A stretch of 60,728 nucleotides of DNA, counting the filler. It is 3 parts of 3 records of this genome, joined end to end, with 100 filler letters (N's around TTAATTAATTAA, not from the genome) between each part and the next. Parts side by side here need not be neighbours in the genome. Positions count along the whole stretch, not along the records: positions 1 to 13,556 come from DRR723986_6223; 2 more parts are not named here. One strand, written 5' to 3'. Shown here piece after piece: positions 1 through 8,847 of the stretch. The notes beneath the pieces are model-generated. The model was not told the DNA's origin, ran no database searches, and saw only the letters and a list, made by a program, of their open reading frames with translations. Position numbers and translations under genes: made by a program. Within the stretch, counting starts at the first letter, position 1. Every line of letters begins with the position of its first letter.

Positions 1-609
1 ATCGCCAAAGATGAAATGGCAATCACGGTCGCGCCATTCCAGATGGCCGCTGGTGATTTCGGGGTTCACCACAATCGCACAGCGCACGCTGCCTGCACGC
101 ACCATATCGGCCGCGGCCTGAATGCCAAATGTGGCCGAGGAACAGGCCACATTCATATCAAAGGCAAAACCGCCGGCGCCCAGGGCTTTTTGTATTTCGA
201 TCGCCACGGCGGGGTATGCGCGCTCGATATTCGAGGCGGCGCAAATCACCAGATCCACCTGATCGCCCTGAATACCCGCCTGGATCATGGCGGTTTCGCA
301 GGCCGCAAGGGCGATTTCGCTCATCAGCCCAGGCTCATCGTCGCTGCGCTGGCGAAAGCGTGGATACATGCGTGCAGGATCTAGCACGCCCTCTTTATCC
401 AGCACATAGCGCTGTTCTATGCCACTGGCCTTAAAGATAAAATCGGTCGAGGAATACTCTTTCGCCTCGATCTCGCCTGCCGCAATTGCCTGGGCATGCT
501 CGGCGTTGAAAAGATCGACATAGGCGTTGAAACTTTCCACCAGCTCTTGGTTGGTGATGATATGTTCAGGGGTGAAAACCCCGGTTCCGGAAATTACTGG
601 CTGATACAT
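1..609 (-). CDS. fabH: beta-ketoacyl-ACP synthase III, long PA3286-like type (3' end runs off the window)
   Basis: Absent from the ORF track. Manual translation from ATG 609 gives MYQPVISGTGVFTPEHIITNQELVESFNAYV...KASGIEQRYV...GFAFDMNVACSSATFG, which includes the catalytic Cys motif. Confidence 0.88.
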   Translation of the reverse strand, partial: MYQPVISGTGVFTPEHIITNQELVESFNAYVDLFNAEHAQAIAAGEIEAKEYSSTDFIFKASGIEQRYVLDKEGVLDPARMYPRFRQRSDDEPGLMSEIALAACETAMIQAGIQGDQVDLVICAASNIERAYPAVAIEIQKALGAGGFAFDMNVACSSATFGIQAAADMVRAGSVRCAIVVNPEITSGHLEWRDRDCHFIFGD

Positions 610-710
610 TGCCCCACCCCTTTTGCTGGGCACACAACACCCAAAAACCAACGAAAGATCAAGGCAATCTGTCCAGATATCACGGTATTTGCCCGCGCGG
701 GGCCGTGCCG

Positions 711-1049
711 CTAATGCATGCGCCCGCCAATGGGCACGGGCTGATCGGGGGCCAGCAACACAATACCGCCCTGGGCATCAGATACGCCCAAAACCAGCAC
801 CTCGGACATGAATTTACCGATTTGCCGGGGGGGGAAATTGACCACGGCCATCACCTGCCGCCCAACAAGGCTTTCAGGGGTGTAATGGGCCGTCACCTGC
901 GCGCTGGTGCGCTTTTCGCCGATCTCCGGGCCGAAATCGATCCACATCTTGATGGCGGGTTTGCGTGCCTCGGGGTAGGGTTCGGCGCGCAGCACCTGGC
1001 CCACGCGGATATCGACCTTTAGAAAATCGTCAAAGGAGATATCAGCCAT
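711..1049 (-). CDS. csaA: tRNA-binding / secretion chaperone CsaA
   Basis: MADISFDDFLKVDIRVG...VVNFPPRQIGKFMSEVLVLG, typical CsaA OB-fold sequence. Confidence 0.92.
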   Translation of the reverse strand: MADISFDDFLKVDIRVGQVLRAEPYPEARKPAIKMWIDFGPEIGEKRTSAQVTAHYTPESLVGRQVMAVVNFPPRQIGKFMSEVLVLGVSDAQGGIVLLAPDQPVPIGGRMH

Positions 1050-1857
1050 TGCGCAACTCGATACTGCGGTGGGTGGCGGCGGCAACCGTGGCGGCCACCA
1101 GCGGCGGCAGGCCGGTTTCAGGGTGCATCAACACCTCTAGCCCGGCCTGGGTGGTGCCATTGGGGCTGGTGACGTTTCGGCGCAGCTCTGCCGGGGTTTC
1201 GGCCGCGCTTTCGGCCAATGCGCCGGCCCCTGCAACGGTGGCTTTGGCCAGCTGCATGGCCATATCGGCCGGCAGGCCCATGGCCTGGCCCGCCGCTGCC
1301 ATGCATTCGATCAGGTGAAACACATAGGCCGGGCCCGAGCCAGACAGCCCTGTAACCGCATCCATCTGCGCCTCGTCTTGCAGGCGCACCACCTGGCCCA
1401 CAGCCGACAACAGCTGTTGCGACAAATCCAGATCTGCGGTGCTGGCATGGGCATTGCCGATCATTGCGGTGATGCCCTTGCCAATGGCTGCAGGCGTGTT
1501 GGGCATAGCCCGCACAATAGGGGTGCCCGCCCCCAAAACCTGCTCGAAATGCGCAATCGGGGTGCCGGCGGCCACCGACACAAACAGCGTGCCGCCCCCG
1601 CCCATGGCCGCCAGGCTGGGCAATGCGGCGCCCATCATTTGCGGCTTGACTGCAACCAGCACAATCGCCGGGGCGCTGGGCAGGTCTTGGTTCACGCGCA
1701 CGCCCGTAGACAGCACCCATTCCGAGGGGTTTGGATCGTTGACCCAAACACTGCTGGGGGGCAAACCGCCTGCCAGCCAGCCCTGCAGCATGGCGCCGCC
1801 CATTTTTCCGCAGCCCAGCAGCACCAAGCCCCGGGCCGCCACAGTTTCCATCGACAT
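1042..1857 (-). CDS. proC: pyrroline-5-carboxylate reductase
   Basis: GCGKMG Rossmann motif, AVKPQ, RAMPNTP, GLSGSGPAY, VTSPNGTT. Confidence 0.96.
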   Translation of the reverse strand: MSMETVAARGLVLLGCGKMGGAMLQGWLAGGLPPSSVWVNDPNPSEWVLSTGVRVNQDLPSAPAIVLVAVKPQMMGAALPSLAAMGGGGTLFVSVAAGTPIAHFEQVLGAGTPIVRAMPNTPAAIGKGITAMIGNAHASTADLDLSQQLLSAVGQVVRLQDEAQMDAVTGLSGSGPAYVFHLIECMAAAGQAMGLPADMAMQLAKATVAGAGALAESAAETPAELRRNVTSPNGTTQAGLEVLMHPETGLPPLVAATVAAATHRSIELRNG

Positions 1858-1893
1858 GTTGCCCCCTATTGCAGTTTGCGTTGGGGCGTAGTG

Positions 1894-2394
1894 TTACGCG
1901 CGGCCGTAGGCCTCTGCAATGGCGACCTGCAGCGCCTCTTGGGTTGGGCGATTGCCCCAAACCACCAGCTGAAACGCCGGGTAAAACCGCTCGGCGCTAA
2001 GCACGGCTGCATTGATCATCGTATCGATCTGCTCGGCGCTGGCCGATTGGCCGCCCGCCAGCACCAGACCATAGCGATAGACCATCAGCTTGTGATCATC
2101 CCAATAGGTAAAGGCGCCGGCCCAACATTGATCGTTGGTGGCATTCATACATTCATAAAGCGCAGGCAGCCTTTCGGCTGGCGGTTCCATCTCGAAGGTG
2201 CAAATCAAGCGCAATGTCTGGTCGTAATCTGACCAGGCCAAGGTGATCGAATAGGTGCGCCACTGCCCCTCGACGGCCATTGCGATCTGGTCGTCGTGGA
2301 TACGGTCGAAATCCCATTCATGGTGCTCGGCAATGTGCTCGACAATGTCGATCGGGTGCAAGTCGTCCTGGAGAAAATGCTCGGTCAGGGCCAT
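1894..2394 (-). CDS. YbjN-domain protein
   Basis: LHPIDIVEHIA...VEGQWRTYSITLAW...ERFYPAFQLVVW; the ybjN-proC-csaA order is common in alphaproteobacteria. Confidence 0.85.
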   Translation of the reverse strand: MALTEHFLQDDLHPIDIVEHIAEHHEWDFDRIHDDQIAMAVEGQWRTYSITLAWSDYDQTLRLICTFEMEPPAERLPALYECMNATNDQCWAGAFTYWDDHKLMVYRYGLVLAGGQSASAEQIDTMINAAVLSAERFYPAFQLVVWGNRPTQEALQVAIAEAYGRA

Positions 2395-2677
2395 GGTGCC
2401 ACCTTTCTGCTATGCTTAGCGCCGGGGCTTGGCAGCGCCCCAAGTGCTAGCTGCCTGCTCTAGAAAGCGGGGGGTTTGCCCTGCCTTCTACTAGATATGG
2501 TGCGCGGCAAACTCTGCCCTGTAAAGCAATAAATTGGGGATAACCCCTATATCTTGTGGATGATATCAAAAATTCATCAACCTAAGCGCCCATCCCCATG
2601 GCCCCAGGCACAGGCCAAGCGGCATGCCCCCCCTGAAACGGGCCCCTAGGGCTGCCAAGCTGGGATACTGGGTGAAT

Positions 2678-3196
2678 TCAGGCGGATTTTTTCACAAATT
2701 CGGTCAGAATCACGATGCGCTGGCCCTCGACGCGCCCCTCGATCTGGCCGCCATTATCGGGCACCAACGAGATATTGCGCACCGCAGTGCCGCGTTTGGC
2801 GGTAAAGCCCGCGCCCTTGACCACCAGATCTTTGATCAGATGCACGGTATCGCCCTGCGCCAAAACCGCACCGTTGCTGTCGCGGTGGATAACGTTACCG
2901 GGGCCGGCCAAACCTGCCTCGGCCCAGGCCCTTGTATCATCATCGAGATAGGCGATATCCAGCAGCTCTTGCGCCCAATGCGCGTTCAGGCCCGACAAAA
3001 GCCGAAACGCCAAAACCTGCGTTGCAGGCTCGGGCGCCCAGATAGCATCGTTGAGGCATTGCCAATGCGGCCCGTCTTGCAGCGTTCCCGTGGCACCGGC
3101 ATGGCAGGTGGGGCACAGCGCAACCGTGTCGCTGCGGGGCGCCAGGGCAAAATGATCCGTAGCGGTGGCGCCACACAGGCAGCAAATATCGGTCAT
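2678..3196 (-). CDS. PhnA/YjdM-domain protein with N-terminal Cys-rich Zn ribbon
   Basis: CCLC..LCPTC N-terminus; C-terminal DSNGAVLAQGDTVHLIKDLVVKGAGFTAKRGTAVRNI. Confidence 0.85.
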   Translation of the reverse strand: MTDICCLCGATATDHFALAPRSDTVALCPTCHAGATGTLQDGPHWQCLNDAIWAPEPATQVLAFRLLSGLNAHWAQELLDIAYLDDDTRAWAEAGLAGPGNVIHRDSNGAVLAQGDTVHLIKDLVVKGAGFTAKRGTAVRNISLVPDNGGQIEGRVEGQRIVILTEFVKKSA

Positions 3197-3327
3197 CTTT
3201 GGGCCCTTTCGTGGTTCTGCAGCAACTTATGGGCGCGAAGCGCGCATAAAGACAAGGCGAAAGCGCAAATAGGCTTGCAGCCATTGCCCCAGGCCATAGG
3301 GTGGCCGCGGTTTGGTAAAGGGTATGC

Positions 3328-4044
3328 GTGATGGCTGGTTTTTTTCCTGGTGTTTTTCCTGGGGTTTGGGGCCGTGTTTGGGTTTTTCTGCTGCTGGCCA
3401 CAACCCTGGCCGCCTGCAGCGCGCGCATTCCTGAAAACACGCAAACCCGCATCCTGCTGCTGGGCGATTCAATGATGGCGGCCAACAGAGATGAAAACGC
3501 GGGCGTGGCGGCCGCGTTGCAGCAACACATGGGCGAGCCGGTGCTAGACCGATCGGTCAGCGGCGCGCGCTATCTGGGCCTGGCCAAGCTGAGCGGCATT
3601 GGCCTGTATTTACCCAACCAATACCGCACCGGCAAATGGCAATGGGTGGTGTTGAATGGCGGCGGTAATGACCTGCTGCTGAACTGCGCCTGCCGCTGGT
3701 GCGCAGGCACGTTAGAGCGGCTGATTTCCCCCGATGGCAGCCGGGGTGCGGTGCCCGATTTCGTGGCCCAATTGCGCAGCACCGGCGCGCAGGTGCTATA
3801 TACCGGCTATCTGCGCACACCCGGCGTGACATCACCCATCGAGGGGTGCACCCAAATTGGCAACGAATTCGAAACGCGCCTGGCCCGTATGGCCGCCCGT
3901 GATGAAGGGGTGCGCTTTGTTGGGCTTACCGATCTGGTGCCGATGGGGGCGCGCAGCTATCACAACATCGATCTGATCCACCCGTCCGCCAAAGGCAGCA
4001 AAGCCATTGCTGGCCGTCTGGCGCAGGTGATGGCGGCGCGCTAG
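3328..4044 (+). CDS. SGNH/GDSL hydrolase, probable lipoprotein (start uncertain)
   Basis: Lipobox LAAC; block I GDSM; GGGND; DLIHP (DxxH). Confidence 0.85.
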   Translation: MMAGFFPGVFPGVWGRVWVFLLLATTLAACSARIPENTQTRILLLGDSMMAANRDENAGVAAALQQHMGEPVLDRSVSGARYLGLAKLSGIGLYLPNQYRTGKWQWVVLNGGGNDLLLNCACRWCAGTLERLISPDGSRGAVPDFVAQLRSTGAQVLYTGYLRTPGVTSPIEGCTQIGNEFETRLARMAARDEGVRFVGLTDLVPMGARSYHNIDLIHPSAKGSKAIAGRLAQVMAAR

Positions 4045-4049
4045 CGCAA

Positions 4050-5234
4050 TCAGGGCTCGCGGAAGGCCTCGCGCGATTTGTAAAGCGGCTTGAGCAAATA
4101 TTGCAGCACGGTCTTTTGGCCGGTGTTCAATTCTACCGTGGCCTGCATGCCCGGGCGCATTTCGACGCTGGCCTGCCGGTCGGTAAGATTGGCCATATCG
4201 ACGCGCAGCATCACCTTGTAATGCGCACTGCTGTCGGGATCGCGGGCGCGCTCGTCTTTGAATGTATCGGCGGAAATCACATCGACCCGGGCCTTTAGCG
4301 TGCCAAAAATCGTATAGTCATAGGCGGTTAGCTTGATTGTGGCCTCTTGGCCGCGGCGAATATTGGCAATATTTTCCGGCTTTACACGCGCCTCGACGAA
4401 CAGCTCTTCATCCAGCGGAATGATCTGCAAAATCTCTTCGCCCGGGCGCACCACCCCGCCAATGGTTGTGACCCCCAGTTGATTGACGATACCGCGCAAG
4501 GGGCTGGTCAGCACCGTGCGGTTTAGCTGGTCTTGCGCCGCCTTCATCGCCTGGCGCAGGCGCCCCAATTCGGCCAGGGTTTCTGAATATTCTTGCGCGC
4601 GCTGCAATTCTGCCTGGGTTTGCACCTCGTCATAGCGCACCTTGGCATCGGCATAGGCGCGGCGGGCACGGGTTACTTCGATTTCGGCCACGATCTTTTT
4701 GCGCAACAGGTTTTCCAGCAAATTGCGCTCGCGCTGGGCCTCTTCCATCACCAGCCGCGTGCCTTCGCTGCGGCTGGCATAATCGGTTTGGCGGGCGCGC
4801 AACAGCGCCCTTTCGCTGGCCACCATCGCCGGGGCCTGCGCCACCAAATCCGGGGGGGCCTGAAAATCGAACTGGCCGGCCAGCTCGGCCTCGAGGCGCA
4901 GGCGGCGCACCTCGAGCGCGGTGATCTGGTCTTTCAGATCATCCACCGCCGATTGAAACTGCGTGTCGTGCAAGCGTGCCAAAACATCGCCGCGCTGCAC
5001 CACATCGCCCTCTTTCACCAAAAGCGCCGCCAAAATGCCGCCCTCGAGGTTTTGAATGATCTGCGGGCGCGACGAGGAAATCAGCGCCCCGGGCGCGCGC
5101 ACAATTTCATCGATCCAGGCAAAAGCCGCCCAAATCACAAAAAACCACAGCGCCGCCGCCGATAGCCAGATTGTGGCCGAAGCCCCCCGCAAGGCCGCGA
5201 ATTGGGGCAGCGCTTTGTTTTCTGCCAGCGCCAT
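4050..5234 (-). CDS. HlyD-family type I secretion membrane-fusion protein
   Basis: N-terminal TM segment, IIQNLEGGIL..LLVKEGDVV, SPLRGIV, MRPGMQATVELNTGQKTVLQYLLKP. Confidence 0.95.
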   Translation of the reverse strand: MALAENKALPQFAALRGASATIWLSAAALWFFVIWAAFAWIDEIVRAPGALISSSRPQIIQNLEGGILAALLVKEGDVVQRGDVLARLHDTQFQSAVDDLKDQITALEVRRLRLEAELAGQFDFQAPPDLVAQAPAMVASERALLRARQTDYASRSEGTRLVMEEAQRERNLLENLLRKKIVAEIEVTRARRAYADAKVRYDEVQTQAELQRAQEYSETLAELGRLRQAMKAAQDQLNRTVLTSPLRGIVNQLGVTTIGGVVRPGEEILQIIPLDEELFVEARVKPENIANIRRGQEATIKLTAYDYTIFGTLKARVDVISADTFKDERARDPDSSAHYKVMLRVDMANLTDRQASVEMRPGMQATVELNTGQKTVLQYLLKPLYKSREAFREP

Positions 5235-7468
5235 TATGCCCCCTCTTTCTGCCGCGCCAATTGCGCCAAAACCTGTTCGCGCGGGCCATCAACCGCCAAG
5301 CGACCCGCATGCAGAATAAGCGTGCGTTCGGTCAGCGCCAAAATCGGCACGCGGTGGGTGGCAATGATGGCGGTGCGCCCCTCGAGCCAGCCATGCAAGC
5401 GACTGACCAAAGTTGTCTCTAGCGTCTGGTCCAGCGCTGCGGTTGGTTCATCCAACAGGCAGATGGGCGGGTTTTGCAGCCATAGCCGCGCCCAGCCGAT
5501 CGATTGGCGCTGCCCCACCGACAGGCCCACCCCGCCGTCGCGAATTTCCAAATCTAGCCCCTTGGGATGGGCGCGCAAAAACTGCCCAAGCCCAGCAAAA
5601 TCAAGCGCCGCCATCAGCCGTTCGTCATCGCGTTCTACCATCGTCAGATTTAGGTTGTCGCGCAAACTGCCTGAAAACAAGCGCACATCTTGGCCAACAT
5701 AGCCCACCAAACGGCGCAAATCGCGCGGGTCGATCTGGGCCATATCGGTGCCATCGATTAACACCGTGCCGCTTTCTGGCGCATAAAGCCCACAGAGCAG
5801 TTTCAACAGGCTGGATTTGCCCGAGCCGTTCACCCCCAGCACCGCCACCCGCTGCCCTGCCGGTATAATCAACCCCGGCACATCCAGGGCCGCGGCACTA
5901 TCGCGATCGTAGCGAAATTTAACCTCGCGCAGCTCGAAACTGCCAGCCAGCGTATCGCGGCGCAAATAACTGCGATCATCGGCCTGATCCTGGGGCGATT
6001 GGGCAATGTGATCCAACCCATCCAGGGCGTGTTTGACATTGCTCCAGCGGGCCATCGTGGCGGCCAGCTGGGTAAGCGGGCCCAAGGTGCGGCTGGTCAA
6101 AATACCCGTTGCAATAATGGCACCCACCGTGAATTCACCCGCAAACACCATATAGGCGCCCAAGATCACGGCAAAAACATAGGTGGCCTGCTGCAGCGCC
6201 TGGCTGACATAGGTCAAGCTGGAGGCAAGGCGCCGCTGCTGGCTGGCCTTATCTGCCGACAGCGCGCTCATATCCCCCCAAAGGCGCAAAACCTGCGCCT
6301 CGGCGCGCTGGGTTTTCACGGTTTCAGGGTCGGCCACCGCCTCGTGCAGCAGCCGCGCGGCCTGCACGCCGGCCCCTTGGGTTTCCTGGGTGAGGCGCAG
6401 CATGTGTTTTTGCAAAAAATAGCCGGGAAGCACCATCAAGACGCCCCCCAAAACCAGCACCCAAACGACATTTCCCGCAATCGTGGCAACCAGGGCCAAA
6501 AAGATGAAAACAAAGGGAATATCAGCCAAAGACGACACGGTAGAGGCGGTGAAAAATTCCCGCACCGCGCCAAATTCGCGGATCGAGGAAAAAATCTGCG
6601 AGGGCGCGCGCCCCGGTGCATCGGCCCGCATGCCCAAAACCCGGCGCATCAGCAGCGTTTGCACGCTGAGCTCTATCTGCCGCCCCGCCCCATCGATCAG
6701 CTGGGCGCGGGCGATTTTCAACAGTGCCTCCAGCGACAGCGCCAAAAACGCCCCCGCCGCCAGCACCCAAAGCGTGGCTTGCGATTGATGCGGGATCACC
6801 CGGTCGTAAACCTGCAGGCTGAACAGCGCCACCGATACCGCCAGCACATTGGCCACAAGCGAGCCCAATGCCACCTCGGCAAAGGCGCGGCGATGGCTGA
6901 AAAACGCCCCCCAAAACCAATGCGGCGCGGCCTGCAGCGTGGTGGGTTTGTCTGCCAGCTGCGGCGCGGCAATGGGCGCTGTCAGCAGATCGCCGGTGAA
7001 ATAGGGGGCAAATTCGGCCAGCGGCACATGGGCTTTTTGATCGCGGCAGCTGGGGTCGTGCAAAACCAGGGTGTTTTGCTCTTGGGCCATGACCAACACA
7101 TATTGCCCGCCGCTCATCCGCGCCAGGGCGGGCCATAGGCCGGCGTGGATATCGGGCGCATGGCTGTGGGTGGCCTCTACACCCAGATGGCCCAGCGCCT
7201 GGGCCATCTGCGCCATGCTGATGGGCGCTGTGGGGGCGGCGCCTGCGCAGGCCTGGGCCAGGGCAAGGGCTGCATCGTTTTGCGTGCTCGGGTGGCCCAG
7301 GGTTTGGGCAAAAACCACCAACAACCGCGCGCGCGCCTGCAGCTTATCTTCGGGGGGCGCGCTGGGGGGCGGGGCGGTTTGCGGGGCGGTTTGCGGGGTG
7401 GGCGCGGGCCGCAACACCGCCTTGCCCATGCGCACCGCTGTTAACGAAACCGGGGCGGGCCCGCTCAT
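5234..7468 (-). CDS. type I secretion ABC transporter (C39-like + TM + ATPase; LapB/BapC-like)
   Basis: VYDRVIP, Walker A GVNGSGKS, LSVGQRQ, LLDEPT; translationally coupled to its neighbours. Confidence 0.95.
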   Translation of the reverse strand: MSGPAPVSLTAVRMGKAVLRPAPTPQTAPQTAPPPSAPPEDKLQARARLLVVFAQTLGHPSTQNDAALALAQACAGAAPTAPISMAQMAQALGHLGVEATHSHAPDIHAGLWPALARMSGGQYVLVMAQEQNTLVLHDPSCRDQKAHVPLAEFAPYFTGDLLTAPIAAPQLADKPTTLQAAPHWFWGAFFSHRRAFAEVALGSLVANVLAVSVALFSLQVYDRVIPHQSQATLWVLAAGAFLALSLEALLKIARAQLIDGAGRQIELSVQTLLMRRVLGMRADAPGRAPSQIFSSIREFGAVREFFTASTVSSLADIPFVFIFLALVATIAGNVVWVLVLGGVLMVLPGYFLQKHMLRLTQETQGAGVQAARLLHEAVADPETVKTQRAEAQVLRLWGDMSALSADKASQQRRLASSLTYVSQALQQATYVFAVILGAYMVFAGEFTVGAIIATGILTSRTLGPLTQLAATMARWSNVKHALDGLDHIAQSPQDQADDRSYLRRDTLAGSFELREVKFRYDRDSAAALDVPGLIIPAGQRVAVLGVNGSGKSSLLKLLCGLYAPESGTVLIDGTDMAQIDPRDLRRLVGYVGQDVRLFSGSLRDNLNLTMVERDDERLMAALDFAGLGQFLRAHPKGLDLEIRDGGVGLSVGQRQSIGWARLWLQNPPICLLDEPTAALDQTLETTLVSRLHGWLEGRTAIIATHRVPILALTERTLILHAGRLAVDGPREQVLAQLARQKEGA

Positions 7469-8769
7469 ATACTGCCCCCATCGGCCAAGAGCCCCAGATC
7501 ACGGGCGATTTCCAATTGCCCCAGCACGGCGTTGTATTTCAAATCCACCTCATGGGCCTGTTGGCGGGCATAGGTTTCATAGACGCCAACCACATCCATC
7601 ACCTGGCGTTGGCCTGCATCATATTGGCTTTGGAACATGTCCAGGTTTTTGCGCGCAGCAATAGTCAGCTGGTGGGCCTCTTGCGCTTGGCGGGCGGCGG
7701 CGCGGGCCTCGGCGCGCAGGCGTTGCAAGCGGCGGCTGGCGGTTTCACGGGCTTGCACAAGGCGGCGATCGGCGGCCTCTTCTGCAGCACCCAAAGCGCG
7801 CAGGTTGTCGCCCGTGCCAAAGCCAAAAGGCGCCCCGCCACCACGCAAAACCGGGCCGGTGCTTTGATCCGAGGACAGCGTGGCGCTGGCGGTGATGGCC
7901 GGCAACAACCCCGCACGTTGCAGGCGCGCCTGCGCAATCTGGCGGGTCTTTTCCGCCTCGGCCTGCAGCACCGCCAAGGGCAGCGCCCCCTGCCCCGGCA
8001 CCACCTGTGGCACATCGGCACCTGCGGCTGCCAGATCATCTAATGGCCGCACAGACATGGCATTCAATTCCGCCAGGGCGGCGGTTGCAGCCTCGGCCTG
8101 GGCCAGGCGTTCGGCCCCGATTTCCGCCAGTTTCTGGCGCAAGATCGTCACATCCGACATATCTGCCACCCCGCCCTTGAACCGCTCTTCAGCGATCCAG
8201 GCAAAGCGGCGCATTTGGGTTTCAGCCTGGGCCGAGATCAGCGCCATTTCGCGCGCTTTCTTGGCCTCGGCAAACAGCGATAGCGCGGTAAACACCCGCG
8301 CGTTCGTGTCTTGGGCCAGCACCACCGCCGCCACCTCGACATCGGCTGCGGCATGGGCGCGTTCGGCTTTGCGGCGGCCATTGTCGAACAAAACCTGTTC
8401 CACCATCAGGCTGGTTACGATGTCTGACAGGCCGCTGAGGCTGATTTGCGGGCCCAAGCTGGGCAGCCAGTTTTTTTCCGCAGCCTTTGCGCGCAGCCGC
8501 GCCCCGCGCAATTCGGCCTCGGCCGCGCGGCTGTTGGCGGCCAAAACGGCCTGGGCCACTTCGGCATAAGCGCTACCTTCGGGCAAAATGCTGCGTCTTG
8601 CGCCCAGTTCGGCAATCAGGGCCGAGGTGGGGGCGCCATCGGCGGGGGCCGCCACAGCAGCTGCGGGGGCGGCACGTGTCACCGCACCCGGGTCGCCCGG
8701 CAGCATGCAGCCCGCCAGCGCCATCATTACCGCCAGCGGTGCCGCCGTTTTTATCGCCTTTTGCCCCAT
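7465..8769 (-). CDS. TolC-family outer-membrane efflux protein (lipoprotein signal)
   Basis: Lipobox LAGC, WLPSL, EQVLFDNG, QYDAGQRQVMDV; lies between adhesin and ABC genes. Confidence 0.88.
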   Translation of the reverse strand: MGQKAIKTAAPLAVMMALAGCMLPGDPGAVTRAAPAAAVAAPADGAPTSALIAELGARRSILPEGSAYAEVAQAVLAANSRAAEAELRGARLRAKAAEKNWLPSLGPQISLSGLSDIVTSLMVEQVLFDNGRRKAERAHAAADVEVAAVVLAQDTNARVFTALSLFAEAKKAREMALISAQAETQMRRFAWIAEERFKGGVADMSDVTILRQKLAEIGAERLAQAEAATAALAELNAMSVRPLDDLAAAGADVPQVVPGQGALPLAVLQAEAEKTRQIAQARLQRAGLLPAITASATLSSDQSTGPVLRGGGAPFGFGTGDNLRALGAAEEAADRRLVQARETASRRLQRLRAEARAAARQAQEAHQLTIAARKNLDMFQSQYDAGQRQVMDVVGVYETYARQQAHEVDLKYNAVLGQLEIARDLGLLADGGSI

Positions 8770-8847
8770 GGCCTGCCCTTTTATGCTGGCGGTTATGGCC
8801 CGCCTTTGTGCTGTGGCGGCGCCTGCACAGCGCCGCCAGGTGCGGTT

